DNA from: a virus
Taxonomy: Duplodnaviria > Heunggongvirae > Uroviricota > Caudoviricetes
Virus record (IMG/VR): IMGVR_UViG_3300008113_000307
Coordinates: 21,919-85,918 of that record
DNA length: 64,000 nt
Strand: one strand, 5' to 3'
The position numbers and the translations under genes are program-made. The notes beneath the pieces were generated by a model. It was not told the origin of the DNA. It made no database searches and saw only the letters and a list, made by a program, of their open reading frames with translations. Positions within the stretch are counted from its first letter, which is position 1, and the number at the start of each line of letters is the position of its first letter. This document shows positions 44,588-55,192 of the stretch, piece after piece.

Positions 44588-45643
44588 TCATTTCAATATC
44601 CTTGTCTGTTGTTCTTGATAGTTAATATCGCTCCAGCGATAAGTGTAGGTAGCATCAGCATCTCGTGTGGAGATCTTGTACACATCCATATAGTTATTTA
44701 ACTGCTGCCATATTTCTAGATAGTTAGTTGTACCAAAACTAGCTAGTAAATTTACTTGTCCCACTTTGGGATGACCAATTGTTAAACTTTTGTCTCGGGG
44801 ATCGAATCCGTTGTCGATTAGCCAGGCACGAAATTCTGCCAATTGCTGTTGCTGCCACGGGTATGCACCCGGATCACGTGCCCACTCAATATCAAAATCT
44901 CCAGCAGCCAGTGTCTGACCACGCAATGTTGTGGTAGTGAGTTCGTCTACTCTGCTGTCTCTACCCTCGTCACAAAACACTTCCCAGTGATGCTTGCCTA
45001 CAGCCTTGTTGACTCCCACATAGACTCCGCCTATGTGTCTGTTGATTGTTTCAATCCCAAACAGTTCAAAATCTTCTGCATCTAGTTCAAATCTGGGTGC
45101 CTGGAGCCAGCACATCAGCTGACTGGGACGTTGCCACTCTGGGGCAGTGTGCATTTTTCGGATGCTGAGTATTAGGCTTTCGTATTCATGGCATAACAAA
45201 TTCAGTTGTCGGATATGCCAACGTGTGTCAACATCAGCTGCTGTATAGTGTGCGGACATGGCGTCAGCGGTGCCTTGAAGATCTTCAAAATATCGATGCA
45301 ATTGATTCATGCGATCATGATCCAGTCGCCACTCAGCACCAACAGTATTGCCTACTGTGTAATGATCGTCAATTTGATAATCAATGTTGCTGCAATTTAC
45401 GGCCTCTATACTTGCGTTGATTTGACTGCAAATGTATTCAGGTGTTCGATCACTTTGAGCAAATCCTAGAAAACAATAATTTTTTTCTAGATGATATTGC
45501 TCTTGAATCAGGCGATTAAGTGCATGCAACCACTTGCGCCCAAGACTGTTGTTGTACACATCGATCAGAACTGGTAATGTGTTACCGTGCTGATTTCTCA
45601 AAGTTATTACCACCTGATCAAGCAATTGATTTCCACCAGCCAT
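44588..45643 (-). CDS. Hypothetical protein (351 aa)
   Basis: Long minus-strand ORF downstream of radical-SAM genes. Confidence 0.5.
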   Translation of the reverse strand: MAGGNQLLDQVVITLRNQHGNTLPVLIDVYNNSLGRKWLHALNRLIQEQYHLEKNYCFLGFAQSDRTPEYICSQINASIEAVNCSNIDYQIDDHYTVGNTVGAEWRLDHDRMNQLHRYFEDLQGTADAMSAHYTAADVDTRWHIRQLNLLCHEYESLILSIRKMHTAPEWQRPSQLMCWLQAPRFELDAEDFELFGIETINRHIGGVYVGVNKAVGKHHWEVFCDEGRDSRVDELTTTTLRGQTLAAGDFDIEWARDPGAYPWQQQQLAEFRAWLIDNGFDPRDKSLTIGHPKVGQVNLLASFGTTNYLEIWQQLNNYMDVYKISTRDADATYTYRWSDINYQEQQTRILK

Positions 45644-46916
45644 GAATTTCCTTGTCTGCCGACAGTATGTCGCTCATAGTATATGTATCTTGTCTTATGT
45701 GTTCCAGTTGCAAAACTCGCGCCTTACCTTTGCTCAATGCTGCTTGATATGTATCAGGCCATTGTTCAGCAAATGTGGGACGTTGTTTTAGTTGAGTCAG
45801 TAGATCACGCATGACTGAGGTAGTGGAATCGGCAATCAACTGATCTAGTCTGTTGTGTAACAACTCTCGAGGCAATGCTAGCGGACTCAGCACAATATCT
45901 GGACTGAAACTGAACACTATTTTGGCCAGTAGTTCTACATCATACTCTTGTGCTAAACTTTGTATATTGTTGATTTCAAACATGCCCGGCAAGGTCAATG
46001 TAAAATCCAGTCTCATTTGTCTACGGTTGCGTTGGTGTTTGAGTCCTTGTTCGAAGTTGCTGCGGAACTGGTTGTAGTCAAGACCGGTCCTGATGTATTC
46101 GCCCACTGCACCTGTGCCGTCCAGGCTGGCACACACTTGCCAGTCGCGAAGATTGGACAGTATGTCTCGATACAAGTTGACACCGCGGTAGTTGACTCTC
46201 GAAAGATTGGTGTTGTATCGTGCATACACCTGTTGACCATCACCCAATTCAATGATGCGTTGCATGTAGCGCCAGTGCTGTTCATACATCAAGGGTTCGC
46301 CGCCAACCCAATACACTTCCTCTATGCTGTGTTGTTCCACTGCAGCAGCAAATTCTGCCTCGATCTGTGTGTCCTGGAACTGAGTTATTTGGGCTCGGAC
46401 TTCGGGCAGTTGCCAGTTATTTTTTGGGTTATCCCAGTCGACCATGTCATGAGTTTTTTGTTCAGTCTCCCAGGCCGAGGATAACATGTCGCCACACATT
46501 CTGCACTTGAAGTTGCACAGGTTACTAAATCTATAGTCCCACGACACCGGCTGCATGGTTGTGGCGCCTGTGGCGTCTGTTGAGTCATACACTTGCTGCA
46601 ATTTGTGGCCAAACAAGTGGCCAAAATAATCACGATAGACACTGGTGTTCAACAACTTGTTATTGCACACATCGCACTCAGGCAAGGTCTCTCCTGCCAG
46701 CATACGACGACGCACACTTCGCATGTGATCACTATTCCAGTGCTGTTCCAGTGTAACTGGAACATATCGGCCTGTGCCCGCAGCGGTGTCAATGTACTGG
46801 CGAAAGTTCTGTGCAGGTTCTCGGCTGGCACAACACATTCTGCGTTCAGTTTGTGGACTAAGGTATGTATGCGTCCAAGGTGCTAGGCACAGGGTTTCAG
46901 ATTTTGACATATTCAA
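45618..46916 (-). CDS. Radical SAM enzyme, paralog 1
   Basis: CNFKCRMCGDMLSSAW (Cx3Cx2C) and GGEPLM; N-terminal C..PW...P....CC cluster. Confidence 0.8.
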   Translation of the reverse strand: MNMSKSETLCLAPWTHTYLSPQTERRMCCASREPAQNFRQYIDTAAGTGRYVPVTLEQHWNSDHMRSVRRRMLAGETLPECDVCNNKLLNTSVYRDYFGHLFGHKLQQVYDSTDATGATTMQPVSWDYRFSNLCNFKCRMCGDMLSSAWETEQKTHDMVDWDNPKNNWQLPEVRAQITQFQDTQIEAEFAAAVEQHSIEEVYWVGGEPLMYEQHWRYMQRIIELGDGQQVYARYNTNLSRVNYRGVNLYRDILSNLRDWQVCASLDGTGAVGEYIRTGLDYNQFRSNFEQGLKHQRNRRQMRLDFTLTLPGMFEINNIQSLAQEYDVELLAKIVFSFSPDIVLSPLALPRELLHNRLDQLIADSTTSVMRDLLTQLKQRPTFAEQWPDTYQAALSKGKARVLQLEHIRQDTYTMSDILSADKEIHGWWKSIA

Positions 46917-48108
46917 TCAGTTCAGCCATTTCGGGACTGACTTGTGCAAAGTCTTGATCTCGTTTGCGATCTAGATCAGCAATTTTCATTCGCAACATCA
47001 ACCCGTCAGTGCTTGCACCGTTGTTCATAAAGTCACGTATGCCCTGAAAATCTTTCACATAGCGTTCAGGAATTCGTGCAGCGTTTAAATAATTGTCAAG
47101 ATCTTGTTTGACTTCGTCGGGCAAGGTAGCGATACTAAAGTACCAGGCATCGTGCATGATATTCCAGTACACAAAATCAAACTGCTGCGATGCAATCCAA
47201 TTGGCCAGGCGATCAATGTATCTGATGTTGAATATGTTTACTGTGCTGCAGCATTGTAATTGAATATTGGCATGATTATTACGCAAAGAATGAAAACGTG
47301 CAACATTTTCTTCCACTTCCGACCACACAGCATTGGTACGCTGATATTCAAATCTCTCACCAATGTCGTCAATGCTGATAGCAATTTCTACAGTTTTAAA
47401 ATGTTTCCAGATCTCCACTGCTTGTTCCGGGAAATGAGTGCCATTGGTATTGTAATGTATTTCCACTTGGTGTGCAATACCTCGATCTACCATGCCCTGC
47501 AGCATGCGAAAATGTTCTTGAATCATAAACGGCTCGCCCCCAGTGAATTCAATATAACGTATGTCGCCCAGCACAGTATCAATTTCTTTCCAAAACTGTG
47601 TGTTTTCTCTTGGCCACGCTCCGGCTCGCAGCATTTGATATGCATAGGTTTGTTTTTGTTCTTCTTGAGGAGTCCAAGCAATTTCTTCTGCAGCAAATTG
47701 ACTGGAACTCCAGGAGCCACAGATACGACATTTTAAATTGCAAATGTTGCCCAGTTTGAGATCCAAAAACATCAAGGGTCGAGCGTCCGCAGTCCATCCC
47801 TGATCGGGCAGCATGTGCTTGAGTCTGTCCAGGGTATGCATACGTTTTGATGTGCGACCAGCACGTTCTTCATTCCAGCACTTGCGACAGGTCTGTGGCC
47901 GTTTGCCAGCAAGAAACTGCTCACGCAGCTCTTGCATAGAATTGCTGTTTTGAATATCTTTGAAGTCAGCAGTCAGTAAACTGAACTTTTCGCCTGTGTT
48001 GTCAAGTATTTCGTCATCGGCTAAACAGCATGGCCTTACTGTACCAATGGGACTGGCTTCTAAGCTAACCCACGGCAGTACGCAAAATTTATCGTGGGGT
48101 ATGTTCAT
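46897..48108 (-). CDS. Radical SAM enzyme, paralog 2
   Basis: CNLKCRICGSWSSSQF, FTGGEPFM; N-terminal CVLPW...PCC. Confidence 0.8.
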   Translation of the reverse strand: MNIPHDKFCVLPWVSLEASPIGTVRPCCLADDEILDNTGEKFSLLTADFKDIQNSNSMQELREQFLAGKRPQTCRKCWNEERAGRTSKRMHTLDRLKHMLPDQGWTADARPLMFLDLKLGNICNLKCRICGSWSSSQFAAEEIAWTPQEEQKQTYAYQMLRAGAWPRENTQFWKEIDTVLGDIRYIEFTGGEPFMIQEHFRMLQGMVDRGIAHQVEIHYNTNGTHFPEQAVEIWKHFKTVEIAISIDDIGERFEYQRTNAVWSEVEENVARFHSLRNNHANIQLQCCSTVNIFNIRYIDRLANWIASQQFDFVYWNIMHDAWYFSIATLPDEVKQDLDNYLNAARIPERYVKDFQGIRDFMNNGASTDGLMLRMKIADLDRKRDQDFAQVSPEMAELIEYVKI

Positions 48109-49367
48109 TTTAGTGCTTTCAATTCAGGAATTATATCCAAGATGTTTTCGTTACGAATAGCATCGAGCTCGTGTGTACGACGCCAAAATGTATCTATTAG
48201 ATGAGTGTTGTCTGTAGCGTCCATGAATGTGATTGCACTTTCGAATCCTGTAGTAGCGCGGTGCAATGGATCTTGTGGACTTAACCATTCGATATGTTGT
48301 TGAAACTTTTCTTGCAACTGCTGTTTGTATTCAGCCGGTGCAATATCAATTCTATAGTGTGTGGGATCTTGCAAGATGTTTACATTTAGATCTTGTGCAC
48401 GGATAAGACCCTGTTCAACCCAGGTGCGATGAAACTCAGGCAGATGATGTGCATTCATTATACTGAGTGTGGGGCTGATGTAAAAGTCTACCTCAGGACA
48501 CATGGCCATCATGTCTCTACGATTCTGTTCAACCACAGCCCAGTCTGTGCCTTTGCGTATGTATTCAGCACGTGGACCCATATCGTCTAAGCTGGCGCCC
48601 ACTGCAACTGAATCAAACTGTCGCCAGTATTCAAAAACTGACCGGCCTTTTAAGTCAGTATGTGTAAAGTTAGTATTGTAAATCAAGCGTACATCAAAAC
48701 GTTGGCGACGCACCAGTTCATCCAAGATGCGGTAGTGTTCTTCCATCAGCAAGGGCTCGCCACCAGCAAAGTAGATCTGCTCCACATAGTCCAAGTGTGG
48801 TTCTAACTGCGACCACATGTCTGTTTCTGTACGGCCAGCATAGTTCAGCACTGTGTTGCGGGCTTTCCATTCAGGACCTGCCAGCTTGGCTTGATCTTGA
48901 TACCACTGACTGCTGAAGATATGCCCGCAACTGCGACACTTGAGATTGCAGAGATTGCTGAAACGAATATCCCAGTAGGTCATTTCAAACGGATTCTCTT
49001 CCAATTTTTTAATATGATGGCCATGATGCTTGTTTGCACTGCGACGACCACTAAAAAATCCCGACTGTTCTTGTTCGTAGCAACGTGTGCAGGCTGCATG
49101 TGGAGTTTCAGTCAACATGGCTTCACGCAGATCTGTCATAGGCTGGTCCTGCCAAATTTCTTCTAGTGTGTTGGTGCGGCAGTTGCCCACTTGCCCTACA
49201 CCCATTTCGGCATGACAGCAAGGGTATGCCTCACCAGTGGGGTATGCATGCAAGTGAATCCATGGGTAGATGCAGAATGTCTTAGATTCTTTCAGCAGGA
49301 ATTGTTCACGTTCGGTTAGCTCAACCGGATGCACAAGATCACTGCTGTTGTAGTTGTAATTGGTCAT
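48105..49367 (-). CDS. Radical SAM enzyme, paralog 3
   Basis: CNLKCRSCGHIFSSQW, FAGGEPLL; N-terminal CIYPW...PCC. Confidence 0.8.
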   Translation of the reverse strand: MTNYNYNSSDLVHPVELTEREQFLLKESKTFCIYPWIHLHAYPTGEAYPCCHAEMGVGQVGNCRTNTLEEIWQDQPMTDLREAMLTETPHAACTRCYEQEQSGFFSGRRSANKHHGHHIKKLEENPFEMTYWDIRFSNLCNLKCRSCGHIFSSQWYQDQAKLAGPEWKARNTVLNYAGRTETDMWSQLEPHLDYVEQIYFAGGEPLLMEEHYRILDELVRRQRFDVRLIYNTNFTHTDLKGRSVFEYWRQFDSVAVGASLDDMGPRAEYIRKGTDWAVVEQNRRDMMAMCPEVDFYISPTLSIMNAHHLPEFHRTWVEQGLIRAQDLNVNILQDPTHYRIDIAPAEYKQQLQEKFQQHIEWLSPQDPLHRATTGFESAITFMDATDNTHLIDTFWRRTHELDAIRNENILDIIPELKALK

Positions 49368-50865
49368 GCCATGTTTTCATGTTGGGAAACGATGCGGCAA
49401 AATCCTTGCTGCGACGTTGGTCATACTGTGCGTAAAACTTGTGGAAATCGTTGTGCAGCTTGGGCAAGTCAAAAGCTTCCGAGTGCGGAGTTTTGACCAC
49501 ATCTAAGTAATCAATCAAGCGTTGAGTATGGTTGACCTCGTGTTCATGCAAGAAAGGGTTGGCTCGGTTCTTGTACATCCATTCTTGTAGTCGTACACGG
49601 TACTGATCTCGCAACTGATCACTTAACACAAGCGGAGATTGAAAGCTGGGGAATCTCAAGATGTTGAGCGTGAAGTTTACAGCATTACGTCCGTACAGAC
49701 GTTTGAGATCCAGCATGAGATTCAAATGCGGTACTAGAGTGTCCAGGCACAAGGCATTGATTGTGCACATCACGTGCAGGGCCTTGATTCGGCCCGACTT
49801 CAGCAGTGTGTGTACATTTTGCAACCACTGGGTGTAATCAAGGCCATCACGAATGTATTCAGCTTGGACTCCTGTGGCTTCCATACTAGTATACACTTCC
49901 ACATGCGGCAAGGACTCCACTGCTGAAACAAACTCTTGTAGTTTTTCTTGGCTGAATCCCAAGTTTGAATTGATAGCCAACTTGGTAGTACTACGTCCTT
50001 GATTTTGTTTAAACCAGTCAATCAGTTTCCAAGTATGGCCACTCATCAGCGGCTCTCCGCCGGTGATCCTTAGCTCTTGGAGTGTTTTGTGTAGGTCCGT
50101 TTCCCACCACTGGAAGAACGCTTCCACATAAGGATTAGTTTCATTGAAACTATAAAGTTGGCTACTATCATGAGTATGAGTAAAGTGATTCCTGCCGTCA
50201 GAAACCAGTCCAGTGTAGGCACCGTTGACACGTATATCACGAACCCAGGTACTACTAAAAGCAGGATTACAGTATGAACAAGCAAACTGACAAGTACGGT
50301 CAAAAGCGATCTCCAGGGTACGGAGTTCAACGTCCGAATCAGGGCTAGAATTTTTTGCTGCATGCAAAGCCTCTATAGGATAAATTTTTGATTTGTACAC
50401 ACGGTCGCTCACAGCGTCTCGACCCATGTCTTCAATCTTCCAGCAATATTCACAACCGGGTGGTCTTTCACCTTGTCGCATCATATCGCGGTCTAACTTC
50501 TTTTCAGGAGTATTGTGTATAAGCTTGGGATTTTCTTTCAGTAGCTCTACTGATGGTATTTTGTGTGCCGGCGGATGGTGACAGCTTGTGGTTTGCCCAC
50601 TACCAAGCCATATTGTGGCGTTGTACCACTTGGCAGCACAAAAGCTGGAACTCAAGGGGTCTAGTACCTCTTGGCGAAAATCAAGGTCGTTCATTGATGT
50701 GTTTGTGTATAAATTGAGCAAATCGATCAGGAAATTTTTTGCGTACAGATAACCGCATTTCCGCAAGATGTTGCTGATTGTATTTACATACATTATAACA
50801 CGCTGCCAGGAATTGATCAAGATCTTGTTTGCACAAATCTTCAACCACTTGAGCAATACGAGCAA
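49339..50865 (-). CDS. Radical SAM enzyme, paralog 4
   Basis: CQFACSYCNPAFSSTW, ITGGEPLM; N-terminal CAAKW...SC. Confidence 0.8.
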   Translation of the reverse strand: MLVLLKWLKICANKILINSWQRVIMYVNTISNILRKCGYLYAKNFLIDLLNLYTNTSMNDLDFRQEVLDPLSSSFCAAKWYNATIWLGSGQTTSCHHPPAHKIPSVELLKENPKLIHNTPEKKLDRDMMRQGERPPGCEYCWKIEDMGRDAVSDRVYKSKIYPIEALHAAKNSSPDSDVELRTLEIAFDRTCQFACSYCNPAFSSTWVRDIRVNGAYTGLVSDGRNHFTHTHDSSQLYSFNETNPYVEAFFQWWETDLHKTLQELRITGGEPLMSGHTWKLIDWFKQNQGRSTTKLAINSNLGFSQEKLQEFVSAVESLPHVEVYTSMEATGVQAEYIRDGLDYTQWLQNVHTLLKSGRIKALHVMCTINALCLDTLVPHLNLMLDLKRLYGRNAVNFTLNILRFPSFQSPLVLSDQLRDQYRVRLQEWMYKNRANPFLHEHEVNHTQRLIDYLDVVKTPHSEAFDLPKLHNDFHKFYAQYDQRRSKDFAASFPNMKTWHDQLQLQQQ

Positions 50866-51832
50866 TGCGATCTTGACTGTTTTCTATCTGGTCAAAAGAC
50901 TCGTCAATCACGTGACCGAATGTCTGAAAGCCCAGATTGTGCAGGTCTCGATAATACCCGCAATTGGCAGCAACAACAAACGGATGGCCCATTGCAATGG
51001 GTTTCCAAATTTTTTCAGTACGAAAGCTGTGCGGGTATTCAAATACTGTTTCAGTAACTAGACTAAAATAGGTGTCAACGTAAGGTTCGGCCTTGAGATA
51101 TATCTCACCCCAGGTGTTGTCAAACAGTTGATTCTTTACAAAATGATCAGTGGCTGGCTGGTCAATATGTGTTTGATATTGGGCCAACTCGTATTTGGAA
51201 TCAAGATATTTGACCGGGCGTATCAAACGCATTAAATCTTCATCGTTGTGCCATAGCTGAATACGTCGACTTGCTGAGTCTCTTGAGTCAAGGTTGGTCC
51301 ATAAACATTGATCCAACAATCCTGACAACCTAAAGCTTTCCATGAGATATTTTCTATTGGGTCGTTGTCTCCCATTTAAAAACAAAAACTTATAAGGCTT
51401 GTTAGCAGTCGAGTACAAGTTGGCTGCTTGTTCAATTGCAGCTACGTTTTCATGGTAGTCAAGGACTTTGGGCAAAAAGCTGTCGTACTGTAAGCAAGGC
51501 CATTGGGCGTCCATATCTCCGCCACCGATCAACAAGATTTGGCCTTGTTTGATCAGGTCGGCCACTCCCAGCTGCTGGCATTGTCCTTTTAGAGTTTCTG
51601 ATCCTTCGGCTGGATTGCTCAGTATCACATGACAATAATTGGTTTCTACCAAGTGACGTATTTTTTCTACGTTGAGTCGAAACTGCAAGCGGCCTATTAG
51701 GTATATTGCTCCAGGTACAGGATCGTGATTTTCAAAATTCCAAAAATCCTGGTCGCACCAAGGCTCAAGCAAATCATACACTTCACAAAAAGTGTCAAGT
51801 ACTAGCTTATGTGTTCCTAGCATGGTACGCAC
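50681..51832 (-). CDS. Glycosyltransferase-like protein, TEK-motif paralog
   Basis: SFRTEKIWKPIAMGHPFVVAA...GFQTFGHVIDESFD; lies between radical-SAM paralogs 4 and 5. Confidence 0.4.
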   Translation of the reverse strand: MRTMLGTHKLVLDTFCEVYDLLEPWCDQDFWNFENHDPVPGAIYLIGRLQFRLNVEKIRHLVETNYCHVILSNPAEGSETLKGQCQQLGVADLIKQGQILLIGGGDMDAQWPCLQYDSFLPKVLDYHENVAAIEQAANLYSTANKPYKFLFLNGRQRPNRKYLMESFRLSGLLDQCLWTNLDSRDSASRRIQLWHNDEDLMRLIRPVKYLDSKYELAQYQTHIDQPATDHFVKNQLFDNTWGEIYLKAEPYVDTYFSLVTETVFEYPHSFRTEKIWKPIAMGHPFVVAANCGYYRDLHNLGFQTFGHVIDESFDQIENSQDRIARIAQVVEDLCKQDLDQFLAACYNVCKYNQQHLAEMRLSVRKKFPDRFAQFIHKHINERP

Positions 51833-53201
51833 ACTCCTCCCACCATGCCTTCATGTCTGGAAATGTCTTCAGAAAGTTGGTATCACGACGGCGATCGTGC
51901 TCTGAAAAGAATCTGTAAAAGTCGGCCTTGAACACAGCGTGATCTTGACCTTGTGCTGATCGCATCCAGGTTATGTCTCGATCCAGTCTAGATAGTTCGT
52001 AGTCTTTGAATCCTTTGAACGGTTCTTCGGGTGTTTCGATTTGACGCACCATCCACGCCCATACTAATTCTAGTTTTTCAGCGTAACTCTCAGGCAGGAT
52101 CTGTAAACTTTGCCAAGCAGGTGCTCGCAGCACAGGTGTATCAAACCACACACGTTGATATGTGTTGCTGTAGGTTTTTCTCAGACCCAGGATGCCAGCA
52201 AACAATTCAGCCAGAGTGGTCACACTCAGGTTGTTCATGGTCACAATAAAAGTAAGGCTGGAGTAATTGGGTACTTCAGTCAAGAACTGATTGACTCGAT
52301 CCCATAAGAGTTCAAAGTCCATACCGTCACGAATGTACTCGGCCTGCGATCCCCAGGCGTCTAGACTCACATACTGCATGAAGTGTTCAAGGTTGCCCTC
52401 TTGGCACAGTTGCTTGACATATCCCAGGTACTTTTGCCATGACTTCTCATCCACACAAAAGTTTGACGTTACATTAAGATGCAGGTCAGGCTTGGGATTG
52501 GCCAACACATAATCAAATACTCGATAAGTGTTTCGATCCAGCAATGGTTCGCCGCCAGTCATACGGAAATGTTGCAATTGTGGGTACAGGTCAGGCCACC
52601 AAGACCAAAATGCATCTACATAAGGATTATACTCACGACCGGGTATAATGCGGCGATCACCACCAAAGTGATCCATGCTGTTGTGCGGCGTACTAGTGGG
52701 GTATGCTCCGTGTCGGGCCGCTTCATCGGCCCAGCTGCTGCTAAATTGAGGACTACAGTAGCTGCAACGTAGATTACAAGCATTATTAAAATTGACTTCA
52801 ACATAGCTAGGAATAACATCATCTTCAGTTCCCTGTGAGTTTGTAATCTTTTCAAAGTCTACTGTAGCCCAGGGTTCACCTGACCTGTAGTGACGGTCGC
52901 TCAGCTTGTTCTGATCTTCCATGTTCCAGCAGTATTGACATTCTGCCGGTCGTTCGCCAGCCAGCATCATCTGCCGTTGTGCTTTTTTGTGCTCAGTATT
53001 GTGCAACGCACTGGGGTTGCGACCAATGTCTTCAATGTTGATCTTGTGCAAGGGCGGATGATAGCATGAGTTGTTCATGCCAGTCTGCAAGTGAAGGCTC
53101 ACTTGTTTCCACTTGGCCAGACACAATGCAGGTCCAAGTTTGGCCTGCATTTCCTCGGCTGAACTCAAGAACCGGCTTTGATCGCCTTTGGACATTACCA
53201 A
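51807..53201 (-). CDS. Radical SAM enzyme, paralog 5
   Basis: CNLRCSYCSPQFSSSW, MTGGEPLL; N-terminal CLAKW...SC. Confidence 0.8.
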   Translation of the reverse strand: MVMSKGDQSRFLSSAEEMQAKLGPALCLAKWKQVSLHLQTGMNNSCYHPPLHKINIEDIGRNPSALHNTEHKKAQRQMMLAGERPAECQYCWNMEDQNKLSDRHYRSGEPWATVDFEKITNSQGTEDDVIPSYVEVNFNNACNLRCSYCSPQFSSSWADEAARHGAYPTSTPHNSMDHFGGDRRIIPGREYNPYVDAFWSWWPDLYPQLQHFRMTGGEPLLDRNTYRVFDYVLANPKPDLHLNVTSNFCVDEKSWQKYLGYVKQLCQEGNLEHFMQYVSLDAWGSQAEYIRDGMDFELLWDRVNQFLTEVPNYSSLTFIVTMNNLSVTTLAELFAGILGLRKTYSNTYQRVWFDTPVLRAPAWQSLQILPESYAEKLELVWAWMVRQIETPEEPFKGFKDYELSRLDRDITWMRSAQGQDHAVFKADFYRFFSEHDRRRDTNFLKTFPDMKAWWEECAYHARNT

Positions 53202-54154
53202 CCTTCCCGCTTGCGGATCACATCTATTTCTCTTGTCATGATGCCTTGATTGTGCCAGTCGCTGCGATAATGCTGTTTGAAGAAACGGCTTTGTTCTGCT
53301 TCAAAAATTGCAACAGGTAAGCCCAGTTGATTGCCTAGATCTAGCCCGAGTAAATTGCTGATATATCTAGGCTCTGAATCTTTTACAGTAAGCCATAGTT
53401 CGGCCAATGCATCAAAGTCTTGTACCAGTCGATGATCCCATGCTGTCAGCATAGTCATGTAAGTACCTTGTCGGGCACCAGCAATGGCCCATTCTCCATA
53501 CTTTGCATCTGTGCCGATGTTGTGCCAGATAGTCAAATGATCAAGATTTCTTTTGTGTACTCGATCTTGAAATTCTTCTAAACTTGGCTTTCGGCCTCGG
53601 TCCAAACACATCTTGACACCTTCGCGGAATCCTGCACGCCATGCTTGAAACGCCGAGCCATTGGGGTGTGTGGTTGAGTAGCAGTCATGCATAGCCCAGT
53701 ATAGTGGATCAAAACAAAACTCTACTTCGGTTTCTGTGCGACCGTCAGTGGCTTCGTGAGTACGCATGTTTTGAACAAATGTTCGAGTCCACGAGCTTAG
53801 TCCACCATTGCCGTACATGAGTCCGTTTACTGCATTACGTGCACGCCAACGAAACACTGCCTGTTCATACTCAGGTGTGGAGAATGTCAGAGTTTGATTA
53901 AAAAAGGCAGGATCAGGAAGATTATCCCCATCAATCAAAATAAAACGCTCAGTTGTGCTAGCTTCGGCTGCAGCTTTGTGTGCGGAATCCGATCCTTTAA
54001 CTCCGTCTACACGTCGGGCCCAAGGTACCATGTTTTTGATTTGTGCCCAGGTTTCTTCCTTGTTGGGCTCATCGTAGCTGAGATAAATGCAGTCTAGATC
54101 TGCAATGTCAATTTGATTCATATGTTTTCTTTTTCCAACGTTGTCCTTGATCAA
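53195..54154 (-). CDS. Putative glycosyl/sugar transferase (DxD-like ILIDGDN), homolog of repeat-protein C-terminus
   Basis: [33 protein letters not shown]...[18 protein letters not shown]. Confidence 0.45.
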   Translation of the reverse strand: MIKDNVGKRKHMNQIDIADLDCIYLSYDEPNKEETWAQIKNMVPWARRVDGVKGSDSAHKAAAEASTTERFILIDGDNLPDPAFFNQTLTFSTPEYEQAVFRWRARNAVNGLMYGNGGLSSWTRTFVQNMRTHEATDGRTETEVEFCFDPLYWAMHDCYSTTHPNGSAFQAWRAGFREGVKMCLDRGRKPSLEEFQDRVHKRNLDHLTIWHNIGTDAKYGEWAIAGARQGTYMTMLTAWDHRLVQDFDALAELWLTVKDSEPRYISNLLGLDLGNQLGLPVAIFEAEQSRFFKQHYRSDWHNQGIMTREIDVIRKREGW

Positions 54155-54446
54155 CGGCTACTATACTGACATCCCCAAGATGACACAGTGTGCCTGATTC
54201 AGAAGGTGTGAGCTTGTGAGCAACTTGCCAGGTCAGTTCTACCAGTTGTCCATTACGAACTCTTACACTCGAGTTGGCTCTTGTGTATTGTTCATGGTTA
54301 ATTTCTATGTATGTACCTGGCAGATCTTCCATGCTGTAAAATAGCGGAACTCCTGATTCATCGTGATACAGTCGATAAAACACTGGTTTAGATTCGGTAG
54401 TAGAGTGTAGTATGCTCCAAAATTCTTCTGGAGTCATGGTTGCCAC
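54108..54446 (-). CDS. Hypothetical protein (112 aa)
   Basis: Overlapping ORF in the minus-strand operon. Confidence 0.4.
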   Translation of the reverse strand: MATMTPEEFWSILHSTTESKPVFYRLYHDESGVPLFYSMEDLPGTYIEINHEQYTRANSSVRVRNGQLVELTWQVAHKLTPSESGTLCHLGDVSIVAVDQGQRWKKKTYESN

Positions 54447-55192
54447 GCTTTCTCACAATAATGAAACGCACCCCACTGGGCCACAGTTTGTATTCTCAAT
54501 GGATCAGTTTCCCATACCAATTCCTGTGTCCAGTTTTCAGTTTGAGTACCAGCATGATGTCGTTTCATGTGCACAATCTGCGGCGACCCAGGCACAGTCA
54601 CACGCTCTACACCCATAATTTGTGCCGCCATGGCATACACCAAGTCAGTATCTGGTTGGTCAGGAGAAAACTTGATCAAAGTTCTGTATTGTGTCCAATG
54701 TGCAAATATATTTTTGATCAATCCAAAAAACTCCTTAGCAGTGTTGCTAAGTCTCCAGTATGTGATAGCATTATATACATCAGGCAAGTGATTGTTGTCA
54801 AACAGTCGGCGATATTGCCGTGCAGTGCTCTCTTGGTCTTGCCAGGTTCTGCAACCTGTGCTCAACACAACGTCACGAAGTCTAAAACAGGTCCACCAGT
54901 GTTCAATAGAGCTGGCAATCAACATGTCTGCTTCTAGCTTGATGGTTTCACGAAACGGACTCAGCTTGAACAGTTGGGCATCGTTGGCATAAGGATTCTC
55001 AATATTGGGTGCCAACTGTTGTACATGGTCAAACACAGGATCCTGGATTGCTTGATCTGTGACCAAGCATACCCTTGCGTGAGGGACATGTTGTTTGAGA
55101 CTTTGACTCAAGCGGCGAGCACAAGCCACATAGTCAGTGTCGTTGGTATTCACAGCCATGATCACATAGCCTTGTGGCTCAAGAGTTGGCAA
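54434..55192 (-). CDS. GT-A fold glycosyltransferase (GT8-like)
   Basis: N-terminal [24 protein letters not shown] nucleotide-sugar-binding-like block. Confidence 0.45.
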   Translation of the reverse strand: MPTLEPQGYVIMAVNTNDTDYVACARRLSQSLKQHVPHARVCLVTDQAIQDPVFDHVQQLAPNIENPYANDAQLFKLSPFRETIKLEADMLIASSIEHWWTCFRLRDVVLSTGCRTWQDQESTARQYRRLFDNNHLPDVYNAITYWRLSNTAKEFFGLIKNIFAHWTQYRTLIKFSPDQPDTDLVYAMAAQIMGVERVTVPGSPQIVHMKRHHAGTQTENWTQELVWETDPLRIQTVAQWGAFHYCEKAWQP

